64,000 nucleotides of DNA. Source: Gemmatimonadota bacterium (lineage in GTDB: Bacteria > Gemmatimonadota > Gemmatimonadetes > Gemmatimonadales > GWC2-71-9). Shown piece after piece: positions 55,481 to 64,000 of the stretch. Where the stretch lies: assembly GCA_039589395.1 (NCBI GenBank), contig JBDHHK010000001.1:13382-77381 (forward strand), in the 5' to 3' direction. Both the position numbers and the translations under genes were made by a program. Position 1 is the stretch's first letter; every line of letters starts with the position of its first letter. The notes under the pieces were generated by a model, which was given only the letters and a program-made list of their open reading frames with translations, did not search any database and was not told the DNA's origin.

Positions 55481-57010
55481 TTACCGTAGCGGTCTCCCGA
55501 CCGCTGATTCGAGTGTCGCTATGGACTCGTGGTAGAAGTAGATCGCATTGATGTAGTCGCGATCTGCGTTCTGTGATGCCAACTGTGCGTCCAGGAGTTC
55601 AAAGAATGTCCCGGATCCGACACGATATCGTTCGGTGGCGAGCCTTAGGCCTTCCGCGGCCGCCGTCTGGTTCTCCTCCTGGATTGCTATTGCCTCATGT
55701 GCGGCTTGCATGCCGTAGAAGGCCCTTGTCACGGCGGTCCGGACATCGAGCTCTCTAGCGCGTACAAACTCCCGCGCATCTTCGGCCTGCGCCGAGGCTT
55801 GGGCGTTCTGCATAGGCCTGCTAAATTGCGTGAATATCGGCAACGATATACCGACGCTGGCAGAAAACGGCTGCCTCGTGAAGTCGAGCGGGAATGCTCG
55901 ATTCTGATCCCGGATGCCTTGCACCAGCCCTAACGAATCAGCGGAACTGAACGCAAAAACTGAGCAGTCGATAGGATTGACTGTTGGCGTAGCCAACCCG
56001 GCGATCAGGTCGTTCTGGAAGTTGCACGCAAGCGTGTTTGAAGTGGCAGACTGCTGTGCGTTGTACACGGAGATGGCGGCCATTGCGTCGGGATTCGTGA
56101 ATTGGAACGTGTAACCGGACCATCCTGCGTTCAACGAAAGTCTTGGCAGCCAGTCCGACCTCATTGCGCGTGCGTTTGCCACAGCGGCAGACCGTTGAGC
56201 ACGAAGGGTCAATAGATCGGGGTTTGATACCTGTGCATCGCTTAGGAGGCCCGACAGCGTCCAAACTAGATCCACAATCGGAAATGTGTCGGATAGTACG
56301 ACCACAGCAGGATCATCGGGAGCCGGCACACCCATTTGCTGGAAAAGCCCGAGCTTCTCGATGGTCACGAGCTGCTCCGCTTGGAGCAGCGCCACTCGAG
56401 CCTGCCCGAGCGCAACCTGCGCTTGACGGACGTCCAACATAGTGTTCTGGCCGACGTCGTAACGGGCCTGTGCCAGCCGCTGGAACTCTTCGTTTCGGGT
56501 TACCTGGACCTCTGCGGTTTCCTCCTGTGCCTGTGCTCGGAGCACCGCCAGATATTGCTGCCGAACTGCCGATTCGAGGTTGATCTCTGAACTCTCGATA
56601 GATGCGTCGGCGGCCCGCAATTGCGCCCTGGCGAGCCCAGGTTGCATGAGAGTACGGCCGTCCAACTGCATGCTCAGGTTAAGCCTGTACTGGGAGCCAA
56701 TCGTGCCGGAGGATTGCTCGAAGGCGATTCCTCCCGCAAACTGCTGGCTACCTGGGCCGGTGTAGCCTGCTCCGCCACTTGCCGACACATACGGCAAGAA
56801 CGAAGCGAACGCATTGCGCACGCCCCAGGCCGCTGGTCCGTGATCGTTGGCTACCTGCCTGTGAGCCGGATTGTAGCGGACTGCCATGTCGACGGCGTCC
56901 CTGAGTGAAAGCGATCGCGGTACAGATGGCAACGACGGACGTTGACCCAACATTACGGACGGTGCGCCGATGGCTACCGCAGCCAGCAGCGCGATTGCGG
57001 AACGTTTCAT
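55481..57010 (-). CDS. TolC-family outer membrane efflux protein
   Basis: Signal peptide and two repeated halves with the TolC-like pattern (YNP.., L..A...L..A.. Y..G). 509 aa. Confidence 0.85.
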   Translation of the reverse strand: MKRSAIALLAAVAIGAPSVMLGQRPSLPSVPRSLSLRDAVDMAVRYNPAHRQVANDHGPAAWGVRNAFASFLPYVSASGGAGYTGPGSQQFAGGIAFEQSSGTIGSQYRLNLSMQLDGRTLMQPGLARAQLRAADASIESSEINLESAVRQQYLAVLRAQAQEETAEVQVTRNEEFQRLAQARYDVGQNTMLDVRQAQVALGQARVALLQAEQLVTIEKLGLFQQMGVPAPDDPAVVVLSDTFPIVDLVWTLSGLLSDAQVSNPDLLTLRAQRSAAVANARAMRSDWLPRLSLNAGWSGYTFQFTNPDAMAAISVYNAQQSATSNTLACNFQNDLIAGLATPTVNPIDCSVFAFSSADSLGLVQGIRDQNRAFPLDFTRQPFSASVGISLPIFTQFSRPMQNAQASAQAEDAREFVRARELDVRTAVTRAFYGMQAAHEAIAIQEENQTAAAEGLRLATERYRVGSGTFFELLDAQLASQNADRDYINAIYFYHESIATLESAVGRPLR

Positions 57011-57084
57011 GTTATTACCTTCTGAGATACGGGGTTACGCGGTCCATTCACTCGTACGACGTCCCTAGGGCGAAGGTTTCATCC

Positions 57085-57107
57085 CGAGACGTTTCTTAGC
57101 GAGACGT
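57085..57107. promoter_or_regulatory. direct repeat CGAGACGT-N7-CGAGACGT in the tolC-operon upstream region
   Basis: Two exact 8-mers at 57085-92 and 57100-07 (15-bp period), 75-97 bp upstream of the tolC start codon. Confidence 0.25.
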
Positions 57108-57156
57108 ATTCTATGCTATGACGGACGAGGTTCCAAGCCTTTAGAAAGGACTGTTT

Positions 57157-57882
57157 TCAGTTGTGCGACCGGCGGACGGCAATCAGGTCGTCGGAAGGAA
57201 TTTCGATCTTGATCAACTGCCCTCGTGAATCGTACCAGAGGTGCCGTAGGTGATCTCCGGCTCCCAGTGTGAAGTGTTTCAGCTGACGTTCGTCGGCCTC
57301 AACGGTTGTCCGTTCGATCCCGTGAAATTCCAGGGCCGCTCGACTACTGCGACCGTTCCTAGGATAAAAGAGTGTCACCGAACCAGGTTCACTGCCTGGC
57401 AACAAGGCAAACAACGACAGAATCGAATCATCTATCAAGAGCACCCGATCGGGATGCGGGTACTGGCCGGCTGACTCCCCAGCAGACGTGCGGTTTCGGA
57501 CCGTTATTCGGCGCGCCGTGAAATCCACGAAGGTGTTGGGCTGGCCACTGCCGTCTAGGTCCATTCGTGCGCTGGCCGGCTGTGAGTCTGAGCGAAAACC
57601 TATGACCGAGGTGGCAGACGCATACGAACGGCTCGGCGGGTAGTATGCCGTGGCCGATACCGTGTAACCGTTGCTGGAAAACCCCGTTCCTGACTCCGAC
57701 AGCTGGCCACGATGCAGCGTGAACTCTTCGCGCCCAATCACAGTCGATCCATGACTCACCAGCAAAATGGCCGTGTCCATCAACCGACCTTGTGACGCAA
57801 CGGACTGCGGTTGGGCACTCAGTCCGACAAGTACGGCCAATGCAATTGCGCGCAAAGCGCACCATGGTCTAGTAAATGTCAT
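57157..57882 (-). CDS. hypothetical secreted protein
   Basis: Signal peptide (ALAVLVGLSAQPQSVASQ) and beta-rich composition. The start overlaps the creatininase-family stop by 4 nt. Confidence 0.55.
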   Translation of the reverse strand: MTFTRPWCALRAIALAVLVGLSAQPQSVASQGRLMDTAILLVSHGSTVIGREEFTLHRGQLSESGTGFSSNGYTVSATAYYPPSRSYASATSVIGFRSDSQPASARMDLDGSGQPNTFVDFTARRITVRNRTSAGESAGQYPHPDRVLLIDDSILSLFALLPGSEPGSVTLFYPRNGRSSRAALEFHGIERTTVEADERQLKHFTLGAGDHLRHLWYDSRGQLIKIEIPSDDLIAVRRSHN

Positions 57883-58667
57883 GTTCGGATCGATCGAGGT
57901 TGATCTGTCCCGTCTACGGAGCCGAATACGCGAGTCGCGATCCGTTCGTAGATATAATGATACAGCATTCTCCCCTTTTCGGTCGATGCCAGAAGGGGAT
58001 GTCCCAAAGAACCAGGGCTGTCTTCGGGAATTGCAGCTGATGAACCACGATTGTAACGGCCAATTGTTGCCTTGCTAGGGGCGTAGTCAACGGCGCGATC
58101 GATGTCAACGAGTTCGGCATCGACAAATAGAAGCAGTGAGGTGTCCAATTCGCCTCCATGGCTCGGCAACTCTGCGTCTGCAGAGAGCCCCTCGAGCGGC
58201 ACTGCGAAGATGTCCACGGTACGTACTGTTGCTTGTCGAGTGTGAATCGTGCAAAGTGCTTCCTGGTGAGGCTCCTGGCCATGAGCCGTGATGATCACAA
58301 ACTGTTCAAAGCCACCTGCCTCCCAGGACCCGATCAAGTCGTTCATGAACCGGTGCAGAGTCTTGCCGCTCAGAGTTGCGGCACCAGGAGAAGGCACTAA
58401 AGTTGAGGCGTTTACGCCATATTCTATGGTTGGCGCACGCAGTACACCGAATTCTTGCGAGAGATCGTCGGACAGGCGCTCGACTATAGTGGTATCACAG
58501 CCAAGAGGGAGGTGGGGTCCGTGCTGCTCCGTCGTGCCAACGGGGATAATCAACCGCGGATCTCGCTCAATATGGAGGCCGACTTCGGAAGGTGATAAGT
58601 ACTTGAGCAGCAGAGGGTTATGTTGATGATCGACCGACGCGACCGGTGGTTTGCCAGGATTCTCCAT
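57879..58667 (-). CDS. creatininase-family amidohydrolase
   Basis: IIPVGTTEQHGPHLPLGCD and ITAHG motifs. I prefer the ATG at 58667 to the track's TTG at 58673. Confidence 0.78.
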   Translation of the reverse strand: MENPGKPPVASVDHQHNPLLLKYLSPSEVGLHIERDPRLIIPVGTTEQHGPHLPLGCDTTIVERLSDDLSQEFGVLRAPTIEYGVNASTLVPSPGAATLSGKTLHRFMNDLIGSWEAGGFEQFVIITAHGQEPHQEALCTIHTRQATVRTVDIFAVPLEGLSADAELPSHGGELDTSLLLFVDAELVDIDRAVDYAPSKATIGRYNRGSSAAIPEDSPGSLGHPLLASTEKGRMLYHYIYERIATRVFGSVDGTDQPRSIRT

Positions 58668-61600
58668 CCTCAACTCCTGGTCGGGTTGCAGTGTGCCGCT
58701 CTTGGCATCTGGTTGACGGCACCAGCCCTGCGATGGGCCGTTTTGGCCGGGAGCCTGGGTGCCTGTTCGATCGTGCTGTTTCTATGGATACGCCAATTGA
58801 AGCTACTACTAGTTGCTACAGTTGGCTTGCTCACTTCGGGGTTTGCTATCGATGCATCCTGGAGGGTGAGGCGAGTAGAGGCGAATTGGCCTGAGCTCCG
58901 CGAATCGATCTTCACTTCCGCCGGCAACGTGCTGTCAGACATGCTCGACTCGAGTGTCGAATTGGTGCTCGCGATCGCGGATTCGGCAGCCAACGTCGAA
59001 GCTGTCGACCCGGTTGATGCGTTTGAACGGTTAGAGTCAGCCGTTGGGCAAGGAGGCCCCGAACGCGGAGCCGCGGTATACGATACTGCAGGCGCAGCCG
59101 TGGCTTGGGCGGGGCGCCACCGAGTCGCACCAGCCTTCGGCACAGAAGGAGTTTCAGCACGCATAACTCAATTCTACGTGCTGTTGGAAGCTCAGCGCCA
59201 GGTCGGTTCGCGTATCGGAATGAGTCAGGTCGTTCTTTGGGCAGACAGTGCAGTGCCGGATAGGGCTGAGACAGTCACCGAACGTTTTTCACGGAGAACT
59301 GGCGCCGGCCTCGAGTTTTACCCTACTTGGGCCGCGCCGACCGGTGATGTCGGGATCTTTGACTATACCATTGCTGATGACACGCTCTTCAGCGTCGAAG
59401 TGATTCCGCCTGCGCAAGGTGACTTAAAACTCGAACTGCATGCAGACGGTGGGCGTCTTGTAGCACTAGGCACGCTCCTGACGCTCATTCTGTTCACACT
59501 TTCAGCCCCAGTGCTTCTACGGTGGATCGGCACGGTAGGTATCGGCGTCGTATTCGTGTTCACACCTGCCGGCAATCGCATTGGGTTTGGCAGTCTCTTC
59601 TCGGAGGCGACGTACTACCTAGATGTATTGGGTCCACTCTCTGCGTCAGCCGGTGCGTTGTCGATACTTGCTGGTCTCTGTGTGCTTGTTCTGGTGCCGG
59701 TCTCACGATGGGGTCTGCCACGGCATTGGTCAGGTTTGTTGATGGCAGCTGCGCTGGTGCTCTTTACCCCGTTTGCCATGGCGTCGCTTGCCGAAGGAAT
59801 TACGCCGCCTAGCAGCGGGATCGGGGTCGGACTGTGGCTGACCTGGGAGACAACTCTGACTGTTGCCAGCGCCGCAGTGCTACTCGCTACGGGGTTTCTC
59901 GTTCGAGGAAGAAGAGAAATCGCTGCTCCTGCTTGGACGGTGTGGGCAGCGATAGTTCTGGTCGTTGGTGTTTCGGTCATAGGTATGTACATATGGAACC
60001 CGGCGGGTGGCTGGCCTCTCTGGTACGCATTCCTTTGGCTTCCGCCAATCCTTTTGGCCGTTCTGCCCGCTCCACGATTGCGCAGAGTAGCAACGGTTGC
60101 GGTAGTGGCCGGTGCTGGTGCAGCTCTGCTGACCTGGGGTGGCGTTACTAAGGGCAGGCTTCTCATGGCAGAACGGGACGCGGGACGCGTGAGTGGTGGC
60201 GACGCGGTTCCGATGGGCTATCTGGAGAGGTTCGGGGAAGAACTCATTGAGCGTGGTATTCCGAGCACTACTGCGGAACTGTACGCACTCTGGCACCATT
60301 CGTTCTTGAGTCAGCAGGAGTATCCAGCTGTGTTGGCTTCTTGGAGCCCCAATGCGGAGTTGTTGGCGAGACTAGATCTCGCAGATCTCGATTTGAGTTC
60401 TGAGCTACTACAGTTCATAGCCACAGAACCCGTGGGTGCTATCGAAGTCACCCGAGTAAACCTCCCGCACGGGGTGATTTATCTCGCCGCCGTTCCGTTT
60501 CCTGACCGCTCAGTCCTGACCGTGGGTGTGGGACCGAGGTCGAGGCTTATTGAGCCGGCCCGGCTAACCCGGTTCTTACGTGGAGAGCGCAGCGTCATAG
60601 CTCCGTTCGAAATGTCCGCTGGCGAGCTTTCTGCTGACCTCGATGATGCGAGCCGGGTCAGCTGGCGAAGAGATGGGTGGGCGGTAAGAGGTGTAAACAC
60701 GCTCGAGCTACAGCCGGGTATACGCTCTGCGCTGCGCATTCAGGTGTCGTTGGGTGGGCTAGGCCGATCGCTGGTTCGGGGCGCTTTGGTGTTGGTCTGG
60801 AACGTGCTTTTGGTAGGGTTTCTGTGGTTCCTCGGTGAGGGCTTGACGGGGAGGCTCGTTCTTCCTCCGGGCATTCGAAGTTTGGTGACTATTCGATCGT
60901 ACCGAGCGCGGCTCTCGTTTGTTCTGGCGGGCTTCTTCATGCTGCCGACGCTGGGATATGCGGCTTGGACGGTTCAGCGTACGCGGGGCAACGCGGTACG
61001 CAGTCGCGATCTTCTCATTAGCCAAACGTTGAGCGACGCTGCGGGAGAAGCGCGCCAGTTTGTGGACGTCGATGCCGGGGAGCTTCGAGTGCGTTTGATG
61101 GACCTGGCAAGACGCTTGAATGCTGATCTGGCCTGGTACGACGGTGGATCTCTTCGTGAAGCCAGTCCCTCGGTGCTGGCTGAGCTCGGGCTTTTGGATC
61201 AATTCATGCCGCCGGACGTCTATAATAGCGCAGAGATGAGCGACGAGCCCGAGGTTACCGTCAACGTGGCGGTGGGTGGACACCCAACGAGAATGGGGTA
61301 TCGGAGATTCCAAGGGCTTGAGGAGTCGGAGGCGACTCTTGCCGTGCCCCGTCTTGTGGATGTTCGCGACATCTTGACGGAGCAAGAAGACCTGCTGTAC
61401 GGGCTACTCCTCGCGACGCTCGTAGGATTGGCAGCCGCCGTTCTTCTCTCGGCCACCGCAGCCCGCTCCCTGGCCCGCCCTGTTCGTTCACTCCGCGATG
61501 CAGCGGATGCCGTAGGAAGTGGCAAGCGGCTACCGCCATTTGGCTCGGGAGTGCCAACAGAGTTCATGTCGGTGGTGGAAGCGTTCGAGCGAATGGCCGC

Positions 61601-62639
61601 AGACATCGATCGCAGCCAGTCTGCGCTAGAGGCTGCCCGCAGAAGGACCGCTTCGGTTCTGAAGAATGTGGCAACTGGTGTGGTGGCGCTCGATCGCGAA
61701 ATGCGGGTAATGATTGCCAATCCCCGCGTCGAGCAGCTGTTGGGCGCACCTTTGCCGTCCGGAGCCCATATCCATGTGCTGGGCGGGGCCGAGTGGGTAC
61801 CGGTGTGGAAGTGGGTCCGCGGGTTTCTGAACGGACGCCTCGAGTCCGACGCGAGCGAGTTCACGGTAGGTGAGGTGCAGATCCGAGCTCAGATTTCGGC
61901 TATGCACGGTGAGCCCAGTGGTTGTGTTTTGGCGCTGGATGACATGACTGAGCTCGCTCGTGCAGTTCGTGTTCTCGCGTGGGGTGAATTGGCACGCCAG
62001 ATCGCGCATGAAATCAAGAACCCGCTCACGCCGATCAGATTGGGTATTCAACACCTAAAACGAACCTACGGTGACCCGCGCGGTGATTTCGGTCATACGT
62101 TGGAAAGAACCGCTCAACAGATTCTCGCCGAAATCGAACGCCTGGATGCCATTGCTCGCGCGTTTGCTCGATTCGGTGCTCCACTCGCCGAATCCGAACC
62201 GCTGCTGTCCGGCGATCTGGTTGTTATTGCACGTGAGACTGCAGAACTCTACGCGCTCGGTGGAGAAACAACCGTGCTCGTGTGTGCCGCGGATCCGGTC
62301 GTCGCCAAGGTGCGGAAAGACGAAGTCAAAGAAGTGCTCGTCAATCTCATTGAAAATGCACGTGACGGAGATGCTACTGAAGTGCGTGTGACTGTGGAAG
62401 GTGGTGGCGAGCGGCAGGCAAGGATCGTGGTCACAGACAATGGCCGAGGGATCACTAACGCCGACTTGCCACATGTATTCGAACCGCAGTTCTCAACCAC
62501 AACCAGTGGAACCGGGCTGGGGCTCGCGATCTGCAAGCGTCTCGTGGAGTCATGGGGTGGCGAGATCGAATTGGAGAGCGAGGTCGGGAAGGGGACCACA
62601 GTAAAGATTGCTCTGGCAGGCTCACAGGTGACCGCCTAA
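58620..62639 (+). CDS. very large polytopic sensor histidine kinase (multi-TM - HAMP - PAS - HisKA - HATPase), NtrY-like C-terminus
   Basis: Many hydrophobic helices in the first ~950 aa. HAMP-like LARPVRSLRDAA..VEAFERMAADI, PAS VLKNVATGVVALD, H-box AHEIKNPLTPI, N box NLIENARDG, and G boxes DNGRGI and GTGLGLAICK. The start is uncertain because it overlaps the divergent creatininase gene. Confidence 0.85.
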   Translation: MLMIDRRDRWFARILHPQLLVGLQCAALGIWLTAPALRWAVLAGSLGACSIVLFLWIRQLKLLLVATVGLLTSGFAIDASWRVRRVEANWPELRESIFTSAGNVLSDMLDSSVELVLAIADSAANVEAVDPVDAFERLESAVGQGGPERGAAVYDTAGAAVAWAGRHRVAPAFGTEGVSARITQFYVLLEAQRQVGSRIGMSQVVLWADSAVPDRAETVTERFSRRTGAGLEFYPTWAAPTGDVGIFDYTIADDTLFSVEVIPPAQGDLKLELHADGGRLVALGTLLTLILFTLSAPVLLRWIGTVGIGVVFVFTPAGNRIGFGSLFSEATYYLDVLGPLSASAGALSILAGLCVLVLVPVSRWGLPRHWSGLLMAAALVLFTPFAMASLAEGITPPSSGIGVGLWLTWETTLTVASAAVLLATGFLVRGRREIAAPAWTVWAAIVLVVGVSVIGMYIWNPAGGWPLWYAFLWLPPILLAVLPAPRLRRVATVAVVAGAGAALLTWGGVTKGRLLMAERDAGRVSGGDAVPMGYLERFGEELIERGIPSTTAELYALWHHSFLSQQEYPAVLASWSPNAELLARLDLADLDLSSELLQFIATEPVGAIEVTRVNLPHGVIYLAAVPFPDRSVLTVGVGPRSRLIEPARLTRFLRGERSVIAPFEMSAGELSADLDDASRVSWRRDGWAVRGVNTLELQPGIRSALRIQVSLGGLGRSLVRGALVLVWNVLLVGFLWFLGEGLTGRLVLPPGIRSLVTIRSYRARLSFVLAGFFMLPTLGYAAWTVQRTRGNAVRSRDLLISQTLSDAAGEARQFVDVDAGELRVRLMDLARRLNADLAWYDGGSLREASPSVLAELGLLDQFMPPDVYNSAEMSDEPEVTVNVAVGGHPTRMGYRRFQGLEESEATLAVPRLVDVRDILTEQEDLLYGLLLATLVGLAAAVLLSATAARSLARPVRSLRDAADAVGSGKRLPPFGSGVPTEFMSVVEAFERMAADIDRSQSALEAARRRTASVLKNVATGVVALDREMRVMIANPRVEQLLGAPLPSGAHIHVLGGAEWVPVWKWVRGFLNGRLESDASEFTVGEVQIRAQISAMHGEPSGCVLALDDMTELARAVRVLAWGELARQIAHEIKNPLTPIRLGIQHLKRTYGDPRGDFGHTLERTAQQILAEIERLDAIARAFARFGAPLAESEPLLSGDLVVIARETAELYALGGETTVLVCAADPVVAKVRKDEVKEVLVNLIENARDGDATEVRVTVEGGGERQARIVVTDNGRGITNADLPHVFEPQFSTTTSGTGLGLAICKRLVESWGGEIELESEVGKGTTVKIALAGSQVTA

Positions 62640-62687
62640 TGGAGTGTTTTTCCCCTTGCATGTAATCCTCGACCGAGTTCAGAGCAG

Positions 62688-63857
62688 TTGATGAAGGCAA
62701 CCCCTACTGATCTCGCCCGCGCCGCCTTTTCCGACGTGTTCAAGCATGCCGTGGGTCCTGACGTTGCGGTTGCTCCAGGACGAGTCAACTTGATCGGCGA
62801 ACACACTGATTACAACTCTGGTTTTGTACTTCCAGTGGCGATAGACGCGAATGTGGCAGTTGCTTTCGCGGCTCGGGCTGACAAGAAGATTCGGGCACAT
62901 TCAGTGGCATTCGACGAAACTCGAGTTGGCGAGATACATGAATTTCGTGCGCCAGGTGGGAATGGCTGGTTCGACTACGTTGCCGCCGTGGTGTGGGCAA
63001 TGTGTGAAGCGGGATTTGGAGTTACTGGAGTCGACATGGCGATAGCCGGTGACGTGCCCGTCGGTGCCGGGCTCGCCTCGTCTGCTGCGCTGGAGATGGC
63101 GGTGGCGCGTGGCTTGGTGCATGCCTCGCGTAGTAAATGGGACCCGGTTCGTGTGGCGTCAGTCTGCCAACAGGGCGAGAACTCATATGTTGGTGTGAAC
63201 TGCGGCATCATGGACCAGTTTGCCGCCTCGGTGTGTGTGGAAGGCTCCGCTTTGCTGCTCGACTGTAGGACACTCGAATACACGAACGTTTCGATACCGC
63301 CGGAGGGGCGTTTTGTCGTTATGGATACGGGGGTCCGTCGCTCACTGGCAGCGAGTGAGTACAACGAGCGAAGACAGAGCTGCGAAGCTGCCGTGAAGGT
63401 TCTCCGTCGAACGAACCCCCAGGTGCGATCTCTTAGGGATGTTGATGATCGTTCGCTTGGGGCTGTAGAGAACTCAATGGAAAGAACGGTGTTTATGCGA
63501 GCCACGCACGTGGTGAGCGAGATCCACAGGCCCGTGCAGATGGCAGATGCACTTCGAGCCGGAAAACTCGATCTCGCAGGACGGCTGATGGATGAATCGC
63601 ATGTCAGCCTCAGAGACCTCTACCAAGTGTCGTGCGGTGAACTCGACTTGATCACCGAAATTGCGAGAGGCCACGATGCGTGTTTTGGCGCAAGGATGAC
63701 TGGTGCTGGTTTTGGGGGATGTGCAGTTGCCCTCGTTGCCAGAGATCGGGCGCAAGGGTTTGTTTCCGATATGGCTAAACAATACCGTGCAGCCGGTGGA
63801 ATTGATGGCACATTCAGTGTCTGTATACCATCGGACGGTGCGTCAATCGTTCCTTGA
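62688..63857 (+). CDS. galK: galactokinase
   Basis: GRVNLIGEHTDYNSGFVLP signature, GHMP motif PVGAGLASSAALE, and GARMTGAGFGGC. Confidence 0.92.
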   Translation: MMKATPTDLARAAFSDVFKHAVGPDVAVAPGRVNLIGEHTDYNSGFVLPVAIDANVAVAFAARADKKIRAHSVAFDETRVGEIHEFRAPGGNGWFDYVAAVVWAMCEAGFGVTGVDMAIAGDVPVGAGLASSAALEMAVARGLVHASRSKWDPVRVASVCQQGENSYVGVNCGIMDQFAASVCVEGSALLLDCRTLEYTNVSIPPEGRFVVMDTGVRRSLAASEYNERRQSCEAAVKVLRRTNPQVRSLRDVDDRSLGAVENSMERTVFMRATHVVSEIHRPVQMADALRAGKLDLAGRLMDESHVSLRDLYQVSCGELDLITEIARGHDACFGARMTGAGFGGCAVALVARDRAQGFVSDMAKQYRAAGGIDGTFSVCIPSDGASIVP

Positions 63858-63943
63858 GGAGTTAGCACCCTTCCTACATGGTGCGCCGGGGTATAAAATC
63901 CTCAAACTCCGGGCAACAATCTCGAGTTAGAAAGGAAACGACA

Positions 63944-64000
63944 ATGATACGTTGTTGGTTGTTCGTGCTGGTGTGCGGCGTCGCGGCGATCGGTGCATTT
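63944..64000 (+). CDS. start of a secreted/membrane protein, 3' end outside window
   Basis: ATG preceded by AAAGGAAACGACA. The 19 codons MIRCWLFVLVCGVAAIGAF look like a signal peptide. It is too short to classify. Confidence 0.35.
   Translation, partial: MIRCWLFVLVCGVAAIGAF

Noticed and set aside
1-64000. Scan for CRISPR arrays, rRNA, IS elements, integrases and toxin-antitoxin or defence gene signatures.
   Set aside because: No regularly spaced direct repeats, no rRNA-like conserved blocks, and no transposase, integrase, restriction, Cas or abortive-infection-like proteins were recognisable. Intergenic gaps are all 486 bp or shorter.

Overview
This is a densely packed, moderately high-GC (judged by eye, not computed) chromosomal segment from a diderm bacterium. 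TolC, an Omp85-type barrel and a TonB_C domain are all present. I support about 55 protein-coding genes plus one SRP (4.5S-like) RNA. I found no rRNA, tRNA, CRISPR array, transposase, integrase or prophage block. Most genes are core housekeeping: purA, glyQS, priA, pdaD-speB, murQ, nrdJ, ispG, trkAH, ffs-dnaX-ybaB-recR, mglBA, pgsA-cinA, grpE-dnaJ, mnmA and galK. Many adjacent genes overlap by 1-20 nt, which suggests translational coupling. Several ORF-track N-termini are over-extended, and I trimmed them to starts that have a Shine-Dalgarno sequence or abut the upstream stop. I see no recognisable defence island. The regions I think deserve a second look are:
- (1) A cell-envelope Ser/Thr phospho-signalling neighbourhood (12.0-25.8 kb). 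It has a four-gene coupled operon (3xZn-ribbon-2xFHA, Zn-ribbon kinase, membrane PP2C, FHA-TM-trypsin-like protease). It also has an amidase, a zincin-PD40-Omp85 barrel fusion, and a second kinase carrying periplasmic PEGA and TonB_C domains.
- (2) A TolC / MacA-like / single-ATPase efflux operon (47.7-57.0 kb). It has two tandemly duplicated pairs of FtsX-type permeases and a translationally coupled PIG-L deacetylase.
- (3) An A9 tract in dnaX with a -1 frame stop four codons downstream, a candidate tau/gamma recoding site.
- (4) An interleaved-stem (pseudoknot-capable) element plus a 64-nt polypyrimidine, SD-less leader upstream of mnmA.

All functional calls rest on motif and architecture recognition by eye. 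No database search was run.
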